A stretch of 64,000 nucleotides of DNA from assembly GCF_006345805.1 (NCBI RefSeq), contig NC_042999.1:3410001-3474000 (forward strand). The letters run 5' to 3'. Each line of letters starts with the position of its first letter. Within the stretch, counting starts at the first letter, position 1. Source of the DNA: Octopus sinensis. Lineage: Eukaryota. Of this stretch, positions 40,625 through 53,845 are shown piece by piece. Below the pieces are notes generated by a model, which was given only the letters and a program-made list of their open reading frames with translations, made no database searches and had not been told where the DNA came from. The position numbers and the translations under genes were made by a program.

Positions 40625-41519
40625 ATTATTAAAAGTGCCACTGAAGTACTGGGGTAAATGCAAATGACTAAGCTACCCACCCTTACTCTCTCTCTCTAAT
40701 ATTGCTGGCCTTGTGTCAAAATTTGAAGCAATCATTAGTGCTTAATCTACACACCAATTTTCTATTTAATAGATATATATATAAGCAGTAACAAATACAA
40801 AGAATTTTCTTTTGAGAGAATATTAACCGAAATAAATTTGATTGGTTACTGCCTTTTCCATTTCTACTAATACTAAACCACCATGGGGAATAAAGAAGCT
40901 GCAATGCACACACACACACACACACACACATGCGTGTACACTGGCACACTTCCACAAACACATACACCACCAATACCATTAAATTAACTGATCAATAAAC
41001 ACATAACAGATTATGCCTTTGTTGTTCTTTGGCAGTTTCCAAAGTTAAAATTAGTGTCGTAAGAACAGAGAAGTCAGCAATCATTAGCATCGTCGTCATC
41101 ATCATCATCATTCTCATTATTACCATTTTAACAATCAGTTTTCCATGCTTCTTGCATGGTTCACCTGTTTCCAAGCAAGGTAATATTTCCCCATGGCCTG
41201 ACATGTTTTTGTGGAACACTGAAAACAAAAGATACTGCCTGTAGGACAGTGATACTTGGTTACTAACACACACACACACTCACACACACATTCACACACA
41301 CACTCACTCACACACACACACACACACACTCACACACACACTCACTCACACACACACATACAGCTTTTTCCAGTTTCCATTTACCATTTCCACTTACAAG
41401 GCTTTCGTCAGCCCATGGTTACAGTAGAAGGATTTACCCAAAGTGCCATACAGTGGGACTGAACCCAATTCTGCACAGTTAAAAGTTTTACCCACCATTG
41501 AAAAAGCAGGAAGAAATAC

Positions 41520-41736
41520 CAGAGTGGCTGTGTAGCAAGAAGCTTGCTTCCCAACCACATGGTTCCGGGTTCAGTTCCACTGCATGGCACCCTAGGCAAG
41601 TGTCTTCTACTATAGCCTCAGCCCAACCAAAGCCTTACGAGTGGATTTGGTAGACGGAAACTGAAAGAAGCCCATCATATATATATACACGTATATATAT
41701 ATATATATATACACGTATATATATATATATATACAC

Positions 41737-41804
<68 letters not shown>

Positions 41805-42000
41805 CTGTGTTTGTCCCCCCTGCCATCACTTGACAAGTGATGTTGGTGTGTTTATGCCCCTGTAACTTAGCAGTTTGGCAAAAAGAGATCGATAGAATAA
41901 GTACTAGGCTTACAAAGAATAAGTCATGGGGGTCGATTTGCTTGACTAAAGGCGGTGCTCCAGCATGGCCGCAAGCCAAATCACTGAAACAAAATAAAAG
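41520..42000 (+). mobile_element. SINE family A with an expanded central (TA)n
   Basis: Consensus match. Confidence 0.88.
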
Positions 42001-42909
42001 AATAACCATACTGTCCAATGTGCAAAAGAGTATTAGTAGTAGTAGTAGTAGTAACAACAACAACAACAGTCAAAAGAAAACAAGCTACACACACACAAAC
42101 ACACAGGAATTCATTATCGTGGAAAGAGATAAAAATACTTGATATTTATGCCTGGAATACAAACAGTAAACATGTCCTCTGCCTCCTCCTCCTCCTCCTC
42201 AGCTTCACGCCCCCCCCCCTCCTCATAAAACAAACTAGTAAAAAATGCAGACAGCTAAATGCTAAACGGGACTATCTCTTCATCTTGGTGATAAAAAACA
42301 CTGAAGAACATAAGGTTTACCTTATTGACAGACAGTAGCAGAGTCTGAGAATGGCTGATTCCAAACATTTGAAACCATTAAAGAGTCTGTAATAAAAACA
42401 AATTAATACGGTTCTCCCAAGGAAGAACTCATTTCAAATATAATTTCTTATGGATATAGAATCTTCCATGATATAAGACTGCTGGGAATGGTACTGGTGC
42501 ATCCTCTGCCAAGGAATAATATTAATTTGTCATGAGGTTATCAAAAACTATAATAAGATTTGACATACTTTGTTGCAGTTCTTTGCATAGATCATTGGTT
42601 TGGTAAAAGGAAGAGAAGAAAAATGGAAATCATAAGAAATGGAAAGTTGTCTTTTATTCATCACAAAAGACTTTGGAACGTTTTATCAAATTTTTTTTTT
42701 TTTCTTGGCAAATAAATCTTTCTCGTCTCAGTACCGAAGAATTATTATAACATCTGAGAAGCAACAAGAAGACAATAAAATTTGTCCCGGACAACATATT
42801 TTATTGTTGGTACTAGCTAGTACTAAGAGATAGAGGGGTCGGTAGAGGGGTTAGTATAAGATTAGTAGTAAATAGATGAGAAGTAGAAAGAGAGGACTAC
42901 TGAAAATTA

Positions 42910-43048
42910 TAGTAGCAGTAGTAGTATTTGTAGTAGTAGTAGTGGTGGTAGTAGTAGTAATAGTAGTAGAAGTAGTGGTGGTGTTAGTAGTAGTAGTGGT
43001 GGTGGTAGTAGTAATGGTGGTGGTGGTGGTGGTGGTGGTGGTAGTAGT
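42910..43048. repeat. (GTA/GTG)n microsatellite
   Basis: Directly visible; gives the poly-V ORF. Confidence 0.95.
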
Positions 43049-43159
43049 AGCAGAGGGAAGAATTATTAGAAACAGAGAGACATTATAGTGACTGAATGTA
43101 TAAACTACTTACTAATAAACTACCGAACTAGTGAAGTTAATGTTATATCAGTGAAAATC

Positions 43160-43438
43160 CACTGACATCATCAGAATTTAACTTTATACCCAAAATGCTG
43201 CATCACCCAACAAGCTTCACTTAAAGGAGCGTTGCATCCTTCAAAACTTCCATGCTTCCTGAGATTCACCAACACTACACTTGATTTTCTCTCCTCCATA
43301 CACACGCAAGCATGTATCTGACTCATACACTGTTAACTTCCCAGACATTTGTACATTACTGCATATGCTTTATACGCACTTTTGATAAGTTGTGGTGCAC
43401 CTGAGCACTGTATGTAATATTATTGTTATTATTATTAT
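43160..43438 (+). mobile_element. Probable CR1/L2-type LINE 3' end
   Basis: Terminal stem-loop gtgc-acctga-gcac followed by an (ATT)n tail; upstream part looks like a decayed ORF end. Confidence 0.4.
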
Positions 43439-43514
43439 AAAGAATGTAAGAGACTTTTGTTATTGTTGTTTCCCTCTTTCTTTAACAGAATAGAATTAAT
43501 GTTGTCCAAGGATT

Positions 43515-43879
43515 TACTCTTTTACTTGTTTCAGTCATTTGACTGCGGATATGCTGGAGCACCACCTTTAGTCAACCCCAGGACTTATTCTTTGTAAGCC
43601 CAGTACTTATTCTATCGGTCTCTTTTGCCGAACCGCTAAGTGACGGGGACATACATACACCAGCATCGGTTGTCAAGCAATGTTGGGGGGACAAACACAG
43701 ACACACATATATATATACATACACACGACAGGCTTCTTTCAGTTTCCGTCTACTAAATCCACTCACAAGGCTTTAGTCGGCCCGAGGATATAGTAGAAGA
43801 CACTTGCCCAAGGTGCCACGTAGTGGGACTGAACCCAGAACCATGTGGTGGGTAAGCAAGCTATTTACCACACAGCCAC
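43515..43879 (-). mobile_element. SINE family A
   Basis: Consensus match. Confidence 0.9.
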
Positions 43880-43920
43880 AAAATGTTAGAAAAATAAACA
43901 AATGTCAGAATGATGCGGAT

Positions 43921-43963
43921 GCCTCTGATGAAAACACAATAAGGTTCGAAAATTGATTAAGGT
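43921..43963 (+). ncRNA. Minimal type-I hammerhead-like motif (slightly decayed)
   Basis: gcct-CTGATGA-aaac-acaataag-gttc-GAAA-attgat-TA-aggt. Confidence 0.6.
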
Positions 43964-43981
43964 TGTTCATAATTTTTTATA

Positions 43982-44390
43982 GGCGCAGGAGTGGCTGTGT
44001 GGTAAGTAGCTTGCTAACCAACCACATGGTTCCGGGTTCAGTCCCACTGCATGGCACTTTGGGCGAGTGTCTTCAACTATAGCCTCGGGCCGACCAAAGC
44101 CTTGTGAGTGGATTTGGTAGACGGAAACTGAAAGAAGCCCGTCGTATATATGTACACGTACATATATATATATGTGTATGTGTTTGTGTGTCTATGTCTG
44201 TCCCCCCAACATCGCGTGACAATTGATGCTGGTGTGTTTATGTCCCCGTAACTTAGCGGTTTGGCAAAAGAGTCTGATAGAATAAATACTAGGCTTCCAA
44301 AGAATAAGTTCTGTGGTCGATCTGCTCAACTAAAGGTGGTGCTCCAGCATGGCGCAGTTAAATGACTGAAACAAAGTCAAAAGAGTAAAA
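43982..44390 (+). mobile_element. Full-length SINE family A
   Basis: Consensus match. Confidence 0.9.
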
Positions 44391-45654
44391 AAAAATATAG
44401 ATGCCTGACCAGTTTGTATTGGTCATCATTGTAACCTTGGGTGTTCTTGAACCCTGCACTGCCAATTTCCTCAGGAAAACTGGGATAATTGCAGCCCATC
44501 AGAGATGAACCCCGTCAGATGGGGTGGCCACTGCAGTGAGTGTCACTGGTCATTCTTTGCAACAATGCCTTTGTAATAATGTTCCATGAGGCTCAGCTGA
44601 ACATGTCATTTGTTATGGGATGTAACAGGTCATCTACATCATTAACATTATCATCTACCTCTAAAATTCAGACTCCATGTTCATTTTCAGGACCATATCT
44701 TTATATTTTTAAAGCACAAAGAGGCAAAAAATATTTTTTCGTTCCTCTTTGCTTTTAAGGAAAATACGTCAAATTATGAACTCCCTCCACTCCCACCTTC
44801 TGCAGCTTAATCACCCCCACCTTGTTCTTTGTTTCCTTGGTGAGTTAGTTATAAGGATGGGGTGGGAGTCTTGACTTCTAATGCTTTTTTTTCTTTCTTT
44901 ACTCCCTGTAAAAATGTTAGATCTACATAAGATATCTGATGTAAAAGCTGTGAAAAGTTTTCAAGACAGTGAAGATTTCCAGGTAAAGGTACTTTGCATT
45001 GTCCCCATTTGAAACACACAAGGAACTATATTGTGTTTTTTAGTGTTAGCCTATTCAATACGGAGAACATGAAAAAAAATCACAAGAAATATTTGTGTAA
45101 TGAAACAATATCAAAACTAATCACTGATTAATATTATTTTAATTATTTTGGAAAATAAAAGTAAATCTGGCTATGTTCCAGCTTTATTATGACCTTATCA
45201 GCAAACGATAGACTATATCATACCTGTCAGAGAGGTAATGAAATGTCAAAGGCAACGTAAAATAATATAGTTGTTACCATTGTAAAACCTAAAACTAATC
45301 AGAAAATAAAATAACTCAAGGAATGTCATGGCTGTATTGGTATCAAAACGGTTCAAGAAGCAAAAATGATTAATTACAGATTTAGCTTCAACTTCAAATT
45401 CATTTGAAACAAGAAAAAAAAATTGCCTAGCAGGAGATGGACCACAACATAATTTTGAGGGAGCATCATTTATGCTATAAGTAGGACATCCAAGTATTGC
45501 TCAAATGGTTTTCAAAAATATTTCTAGAACCATCCATTCTGATCTTAATACAGTGGAAATACTATATAGATATATATTAATTGCTAGCAAGGACACAGTA
45601 TTTTGTTTTGCAACCATAATATACAACCAAATATATTAAAGGTTTACAAGTCAT

Positions 45655-46048
45655 AGGTACAGGAGTGGCTGTGTGGTAAGTAGCTTGCTTACGAACCACA
45701 TGGTTCTGGGTTCAGTCCCACTGCGTGGCACCTTGGGCAAGTGTCTTCTACTATAGCCTCGGGCCAACCTAAGTCTTGTGAGTGGATTTGGTAGATGGAA
45801 ACTGAAAGAAACCCATCGTATATATGTATATGTATATATATGCATGTGTGTGTATATGTTTGTCCCCCAACATCACTTGACAATCAATGCTGGTGTGTTT
45901 AAGTCCCTGTAACCTAGCAGTTCAGCAAAAGAGACTGACAGAATAAGTACTAGGCTTACAAAGAATAAGTCCTGGGGTCGATTTGCTCGACTAAAGGCGG
46001 TGCTCCAGAATGGCCAAAGTCAAATGACTGAGACAAGTAAAAGAGTAA
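45655..46048 (+). mobile_element. Full-length SINE family A
   Basis: Consensus match. Confidence 0.9.
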
Positions 46049-46294
46049 GTCAATATTGTGTCTTTTGTGTTCTCATTTTTTAAAAGTTCATCTCTACAGA
46101 TTTTCTAGAGTGCACAGCCAGCACTGATAAGCTTTCAAAAGTGATTCTACAGGGAATATATTTTTGTCTAGATATCACTCAATCAGTGCTGACCTAGCAT
46201 ATAAATAGCTATTGAACATTTTTCCAGTCAGTTTTCACAACTGATTGTATTTGAAGAGTAAACCAATGAATTACAGGAAAAAAAAAAAATCTTT

Positions 46295-46530
46295 TTGTGG
46301 CCGTTGCCAGTACCACATGACTGGCCCTCGTGCCAGTGGCATGTAAAAGCACCCACTACACTCTCGGAGTGGTTGGCGTTAGGAAGGGCATCCAGCTGTA
46401 GAAACTCTGCCAGATCAAGATTGGAGCCTAGTGCAGCCATCTGGTTCGCCAGTCCTCAGTCAAATCGTCTAACCCATGCTAGCATGGAAAGCGGATGTTA
46501 AACGATGATGATAATGATGATGATGATGAT
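46295..46530 (+). mobile_element. Family R copy
   Basis: Ends agcatggaaagcggatgttaaac(gat)n. Confidence 0.82.
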
Positions 46531-46753
46531 TGAAAGTAGCTGGCTTCATTAAAGTCCTGAGTTTGTCCTATAGCAACTAGTCTCTCTCATGCATTCCGTT
46601 CCACCTCACCCTACACTAAGTTTCTTTTCATTTGTGTATTTTATTTTCATTTAGCATCACCAGTTTCCCATATTTTCATGGTTCAGGCAAAATTTGTTGA
46701 AGTACATTTTCCATGGTCAGATGCCTTTCCTGTCAGCAACCTTTACTTGTTTC

Positions 46754-47158
46754 TTATTTCTTTATTGCCCACAAAGGGCTAAACATAGAGGGAACAAACA
46801 AAGGGATTAAGTCGATTAAATCGACCCCAGTGCGTAACTGGTATTTAATTTATCGACCCTGAAAGGATGAAAGGCAAAGTTGATCTTGGCGGAATTTGAA
46901 CTCAAATTGTAATGGCAGACGAAATACCTATTTCTTTATTACCCACAAGAGGCTAAACCAGAGGGGACAAACAGGGACACAAATGGATTAAGTTGATTAC
47001 ATCGTGCCCAGTGCGTAACTGGTACTTAATTTATCGACCCCGAACGGATGAAAGGCAAAGTCGACCTCGGCGGAATTTGAACTCAGAACATAGCAGCAGA
47101 GGAAATACCGCTAAGCATTTCGCCCAGTGTGCTAATGATTCTGCTAGCACTCTGCCTT
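46754..47158 (-). mobile_element. SINE family B with a duplicated 3' half
   Basis: Flanked by ttgtttct on both sides; same dimeric layout as 4655-5063. Confidence 0.82.
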
Positions 47159-48479
47159 CATTTTGTTTCTATCCATTATAATATATCCCAACCTTCGCTT
47201 GTTTCTATGCATTATAATATATCCCAAAGACCAGACATGTTTTCCACAGAAGACTTGAAAATGAACAACATCACTTGTATGATGGTGATGCTCGTTTACA
47301 ACCATCAAAAGATGTCAAGACAAAGCTACACACAAATGAACACATATTTATGAAGGGCATCTCTTAGTTCCCGTTTACCAAATCCAGTCATAAGGCTTCG
47401 ATGGGCCTAGGGACATAGTAGAAGACACCAGTCCAAGGTACCACACATTCAACTGGCTTCTATGAATTAAAAATCTGTTGTTCTCATAAGAGTTAAAATC
47501 ATAGGAAGAGAGAAAGCTTAATTGCTATTGAGAACAGTAGGTTTTTAAGTATATTTTATCAGCTAATCTATCTACTACATTCTGAGTGCTTCCAGGAAAT
47601 AATATGTCTATTTTGCCCAAGATAAGAGAAAAATATGGTTCACTGTATATGAATATAAATATATCAATAGTCACTGACTGAAACAGGTTTTCATATTAGC
47701 TGTAAAAAAAATATTGTATTACTTTTGTGAGAGATGGATATGAAGAAAAATCATGACACAACCAACAGAATATTATCTAAACTTACATTCATAATATCAT
47801 AAATACATATTCAGATACACACACATATATATATATACATATAAATATACATGTGTATTTGTACAGAGAAGGAGAAGGAAATCAGGAGAGAGAGACTGAG
47901 ATATTTATCTACAAGAAAATAGGCGATTTTTCAAACTCTTGCATGGACAAAGGAAGGAATTTACTCAATGTAATTTCATTATGGACCTTATGATTGAGTG
48001 GGTATCCTTCGAAATTACTAATATAAATGTTTGTCTTGTCAAGAAATCTACTATGTGTGTGAGAAAGCGAGAGAGAGAGAGGGATGGATGGAGGCAAAGT
48101 ATATAATTATGTTTGCTTCTGTAGAAAGTAGTTGTAAATGTGACAAGGACTTCCACATGATATCTGCAAAGCATTTGTTAAAGAGCATCTAATTTTAAGT
48201 TACTTGTTCCATGGGGGTGGGCATGGAGGAGGAAATGCAAAAAAAAAATACTAAAGACCTGAGAGGGAAATAATAGAAGTGAACTATGCTGAATATTTTT
48301 TTTTTATATTTCTATCTTTTATAGCTAATATATAAGCCACAATACCAGTTGCATCCAAGTAAAATTCACCGTTAGATAAAGAAAAAAAAAGTTGAGTTTA
48401 GGAGTATAGCATTCTAAAAGTAATATTTTTAAGTGAAGTTTTGCAGTTTTGTTTTTTTTTTTAAAAAAACAAACAAATA

Positions 48480-48990
48480 CCGTAAATCCTCAAGTATAAT
48501 CTGCATTTTTTCACCAAAATTTAAAAGTCAAAATCCCTAGTGCGTACTATATACGAGGTTAAAAATGAAAAATATTTTAAAGCAATGTCTGAGTCTCTAT
48601 TTTGCTGTCCGGCAATGTTTATTCAGACGCATTTTGTGATGTCGGGCACGAAAATACCTTAAGCTAAGCCTGAAAGCAATGAAGTCATAAAAGAATCATC
48701 CATAACTTGCAATAAGCAACATTTACTACACGTTATTACTGTTATTTCTTTATTTTCTGCAAACAAAATGCATAAAAAAGCTACATGTTTGCATTATGTT
48801 ATATGTACAATAATAATAAAGGACGTTACCATATACATTTTTACAAACCAAGGACGTTATATAGACCTCCTTGACTCAAGTTAGAGAAGGGGTGCATATT
48901 ATACACAAGGTTTAGGTTTTTCAGAGGTACAGACCCTAAAAATCCCCTGCATATTATACTCAAGGGCAGACTATACTCAAGGATTGACAG
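48480..48990. mobile_element. pogo/Tc1-mariner-type MITE
   Basis: TA on both sides; TIRs ccgtaaatcctcaagtata / tatactcaaggattgacag; internal tgcRtaYtataYnnRagg repeats. Confidence 0.8.
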
Positions 48991-49027
48991 TAGTAAATAT
49001 GTTTCTATTTAACCATCCCTTCATACT

Positions 49028-49213
49028 GCTTTACCCTTTGGCTAAGATCAAAGTGTAGTATTTGTTCTTATCAGCTTAATATCTGATACGGTCCCAGGTT
49101 AGGGCCATCAATACTAAACTGATTTTTAGAACAAGGCAAAGAATTAGGGCTTGCTCTGCTTTTGCCACAGGTTGGCCTGGTATTGCAGTACCTCCAGGAT
49201 TCAGTCGATCTCC
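49028..49213 (+). pseudogene. U2: U2 snRNA retrocopy (near full length)
   Basis: ggctaagatcaaagtGTAGTAtttgttcttatcagcttaatatctgatacg, Sm-like site atttttag (49122-49129), stem-loop IV cctggtattgcagtacctccagg; damaged 5' stem I; flanking imperfect direct repeats. Confidence 0.93.
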
Positions 49214-49324
49214 TATCTGAGGGATAGAAATTAATCATTCCTTCACACTTTTCATTTATAGTGTCCCAAGGGTGTGAAAAATATGCGATATAATTAGTTG
49301 GGCAAAAAATGAAGAAGACATTTA

Positions 49325-49558
49325 AGGTGGCAAGCTGGCAGAAACGTTAGCATGCCAGGCGGAATGCTTAGCGGTATTTCGTCTGCCACTACGTTCTGAG
49401 TTCAAATTCCGCCGAGGTTGACTTTGCCTTTCATCCTTTCAGGTTCGATAAATTAAGTACCAGTTATGCACTGGGGTCAATATAATCGACTTAATCTGTT
49501 TGTATGTCCTTGTTTGTCCCCTCTGTGTGTAGCCCCTTGTGGGTAGTAAAGAAATAAG
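49325..49558 (+). mobile_element. Full-length young SINE family B with TSD
   Basis: 18-bp TSD aaatga(a/g)gaagacattta (49307-49324, 49559-49576). Confidence 0.92.
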
Positions 49559-49694
49559 AAATGAGGAAGACATTTATTACAACCAATCTAACTTTTTTTT
49601 TTTTCCATTTTGTATTTCAAAGCTGCCAAGCTCTGATATGCAGAGTTAAGTTCAAATCCAAACAATTCATTACTTAAATAACAATGGACTATGC

Positions 49695-49948
49695 CAACGG
49701 TTCCCAACCACTTTTCACATATAGACCCCTTTGATTCCTAATTCACTCCATTGGACCCTCATAATCATTCATATTTAAAAACCCAATTATATTTTTGTAA
49801 TTAAACAACATTATGAATTGCATTAAAAAATTGTTCAAATATTTTGTGTGTTGTAGAATTATAACCAATTTATTGCAGATAAACTTTAACAACAAAATCT
49901 CATATGGGGCCCCTTAAGGGCTTGATGGACCCTGGTTGAGAACCACTG
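49695..49948. mobile_element. hAT-type MITE
   Basis: TIRs caacggttcccaacc / ggttgagaaccactg; imperfect 8-bp TSD gactatgc / aactatac. Confidence 0.8.
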
Positions 49949-50297
49949 AACTATACGAAGTTGAGGTGCAGTAAATTCATTGTATAAAAGACAAAGTCTT
50001 TATTGGTTCCCTAAAATCTAATGGATTATAGGATTGATTGCCCCCATCATAATTAATCACTAATCCATGCATTATCAAAGGATAAAATATGAAAGAAAAA
50101 AAAACAACTGTCACATTGCGTTAATCTACAAGAAGTTATTTGAAAACACTGAAGGCATTTCTATTTCCAATTGCCATTCTTTTGATTAATATTTAATTTT
50201 ATTTCTTCTTTAGAATCCATTTATCTATCAAATTTGTTAATTTTAAAGTCTCTTTCAGATCAAAACAATTTCAATAATTCCAAATTATTATATCATT

Positions 50298-50328
<31 letters not shown>

Positions 50329-50544
50329 CATTATCATCATCATCATCATTGTATTTATCATGTTCCTTTCTTCTTTTAATTTTGGGTGTGGGTGTGGGTG
50401 TGAGGGGAAATTTCGTGAATTATATTTTTATTAAGATTCAATAATTTACAACATCAATGTCACAAATAATTCAATTCTCATCTTTCAAACGTTTATTATT
50501 TTAATTCTAATTTATATTCTGCCCCCCACCCGGCCACTCCTCTT

Positions 50545-50594
<50 letters not shown>

Positions 50595-53177
50595 CCTTTC
50601 CTCTGCCCCTCAATCGCTTGTTCAAGCTCTTTGTTGAATTCTCTCCTCTCATTTGTTATCTCCAAAATATACCTGTCATTTTTCATTGCTTTAATTTATT
50701 TATAGATGTCAAACTCATTCAATGTCTACATTGGAATTCCAGCAGAGTTCTTGTCTATTGTCTGTTGGTTCTTTTCAAGAAGACCCCCTTCCCCCTCTCC
50801 GCCGCCGTCCCCCACTTTGGCATGCAAGAAAACATTGAAGAATACACCTTCTTTGCAACATTTGTTACTGTTTTATAAACGAAACCAGCAAATTACTGCT
50901 CTAAATGGCTGAAAGACAATAAAGTGAAAAACGAAAAATGTATGTACAGACCAAAGAGACAATCTTACAAACAATTCTTTGCCAGATAGAATTTATGAAA
51001 ATCCAAAGTTCTCAAAAAAGAAAAAAAAGAAAGAAAGAAAAAAAAGGTAACCACAAAATAAGAAGAATGACCGAACATTTTCCACAACCAATTTATTAAG
51101 AAATATGAACATTAGAATATCAATGATATTTCTGTTCGCTTTTTAATGCAAACCCTTTATTTTCTCTAGAAAAATCTACCCTGGTAAGGTATATTTTTCT
51201 TAGTTCTTATATTTGGTTGCCATTGTTGTTGTTTAACACCAGGTCAACCCCATTCAAGTTGATCATCCAGTCTCTATTTAATGGATGCATTATCCTGAAT
51301 GTATAAGACTTCATCTATATTTTAAGATGGCAAGGTGGACTTAGACAAAAGATTCAGTTACTTCTTTTGTAAGTAGAGCGAGTCCCACCATCACCACAAT
51401 AATTCTTTTAAGTTTGGCACATTAAATGTTTTATTATTTTCTAGTCTAAAACCTCTTGATTTTAAGTTCAAACCTCACATACTTCTTCTTGGGTTTAAAA
51501 CTTTGTTTGGTCAATCAAAGAACACAAATTATATCGGGAGAATAATTCAAGAGAAGATGGACGCCATATCTGGACTTGAGTTAATAATTAAAAACAGAAG
51601 AATTTCTGAGTTGCTTTTGACAATGAAATGGTCAGTCCCACTGGAAGGCCACATGGGCAAGAGTCTTGTATAACCCTAGATTGAGAAAAGCCTTGAGTAG
51701 ATTTAGTAAATGGAAACTGAAAGAAGCCCATGATACACAATGTGCAGAAATGGCTGCATGTTAAGAAGTTTCCTTGCCAACTACATGGTTTCAGATTCAA
51801 TCCCACTTCATGGCACCTTGGGCAAGTGTCTTCTTCTATAGCCCCAGGGCTGATCAATGGATTTGGTGGAGCAAAACTAAAGGAGGACCATCGTGTGTGT
51901 GTGTTAGTGTTTCCTTGCCCTGCTGCCATGACATAAACAAGCTTGCACATCACACAAACGGTGTCATTTGCTTCTTGGCTTCTCGGAGACATGTCCAGTC
52001 AGGGAAAAAATTTACCCTCACTTGGAAGTGGGTTGATGAGCACAAAGGAAGGGCATTCATCTGGCCATAGAAAACTTAGTTACAAAATGCATATAACATA
52101 CATAATCATGGAAACGTTGGCTTAAAAAATGTCAATGATGATTTTTATTTTCCAAAAGAATCCAATTAATAAACACGAAAAACTTCACATCAAATATTTA
52201 CTATTTTTTCACTGCCTTTACTATAACCAGACCAACTTGTAGAATTCAAGTTTATGGTAGAAAAGTTCCAATTAGCTTTATCTCTTCATACGAAGACAGG
52301 AGACAACATGATACATTTTCAAGTAAAAGTGCATCCTCAGCATAGATTGCCAAAGCAGTTACCGTCAAATTGCTAAGTAAGCATAAAGAAATATGTTTTT
52401 AGTGTAGCTTAAGTGAATTTATGAAAAATTAGATTATTGTAAAACTCGTTAATGTTGTTTTAAGCATTAAATATGTTTAAATATGATTTCACCTAATTAA
52501 CTATTGATTATCATGCAGATGGCATCTCAGATTAATTTCATTATGTTCTACAATGTTCTATATTTTGGTTAACTGCCTTTCCCTAAATTCGACTTTAATG
52601 TTATCTTGTTATATATGAGACTGCAGTTACCCATTAGTGAGAATATTTTAAATCATTAACTCATGGAATTTTGCATTTCACAAAATATCAAAATTTACCA
52701 TGACGACTACACACACACACACTTCTCGGAATAAACATTATAGGAGAAAGTGAAATCAAAGAATTAAATTCGATCACAACATTTATTTTGAACTGCAACA
52801 ATTACACATTTCAGAAAATATAACCATAAGAGAGAAAGGAATTCATAAATCTATAACTCTTAAGAAGAATATGAAACAGAAGTACCATTAAACAATTCCA
52901 ACACTTCTGTAGCCAGCCACTTTTAATTTATGGCTTTCATCTTAGCAAACTTTGCTGTCTTTAGAGAATGAAGAATTCAGAGGTTATCTCTCTCTAATCT
53001 TAATAACTCTTAAGGTGTAACACATCTTTTATAAAGATTATTGAAACCAAGATGGATGTGATAAAATAAATTTTCTTTTAAGCTAGTCTTATTTTAACTC
53101 TTCTTATTGCACTCTGTGTATTTAGACATTCAAACTTCTTAGGAAATACATAAACTATGTATGTGTGTATGTATATG

Positions 53178-53230
<53 letters not shown>

Positions 53231-53231
<1 letters not shown>

Positions 53232-53366
53232 AAACATTATTGGTGAATTGAAGAAATGGAGCTGAACGCAGATTGAACAGAAATCGTTTACTGCTGTGAT
53301 TTTTGCTACTAAGGTATCGGTTAAACTTTTGATTAATCTACTACAAGATTATTCATCTTTCTATTT

Positions 53367-53372
<6 letters not shown>
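53231..53372. mobile_element. Internally inverted fragment of the 60436-60796 element, inserted in (TA)n
   Basis: 53231-53289 is identical to 60586-60644; 53286-53372 is the reverse complement of 60436-60522. Confidence 0.9.
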
Positions 53373-53440
<68 letters not shown>

Positions 53441-53635
53441 AATATATATATATAAATATATATATATATGTATGTATATATATATAAATATATATATGTG
53501 TATGTATGTATATATATATAAAATGTACTGTTCTGTGATATAAAGATCAACAAAAAAAAAGTACTTCATCTGCTGAGAGAAAATATTATTTAAAGGACAC
53601 AATACTTGTTTTTAAGTGCTACTAATAGTTTCATA

Positions 53636-53845
53636 TCATCATCATCGTTGTTTAATGTCCACTTTCCATGCTAGCATGGGTTGGATGGTTTGACTGGGGT
53701 CTGGGAAGCCAGGAGGCTGCACCAGGCTCCAGTCTGATCTGGCAGTGTTTCTACAGCTAGATGCCCTTCCTAATGCCAACCACTCTATGAGTGTAGTGGG
53801 TGCTTTTTATGTGCCATCAGCACGGTGCCAGGCCAGGCTGGCATA
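53636..53845 (-). mobile_element. Family R copy
   Basis: Consensus match. Confidence 0.8.

Noticed and set aside
45170-45215. Possible minus-strand hammerhead (ctgataag...ggaac) and a half motif gaaacagtcgta at ~29501
   Set aside because: Core positions mutated or missing and stems poor
49028-49213. Functional U2 gene, or target of a U2-specific retrotransposon
   Set aside because: TSD-like flanks, damaged stem I and Sm site, MITE upstream instead of a promoter, and no insertion interrupting the U2 sequence
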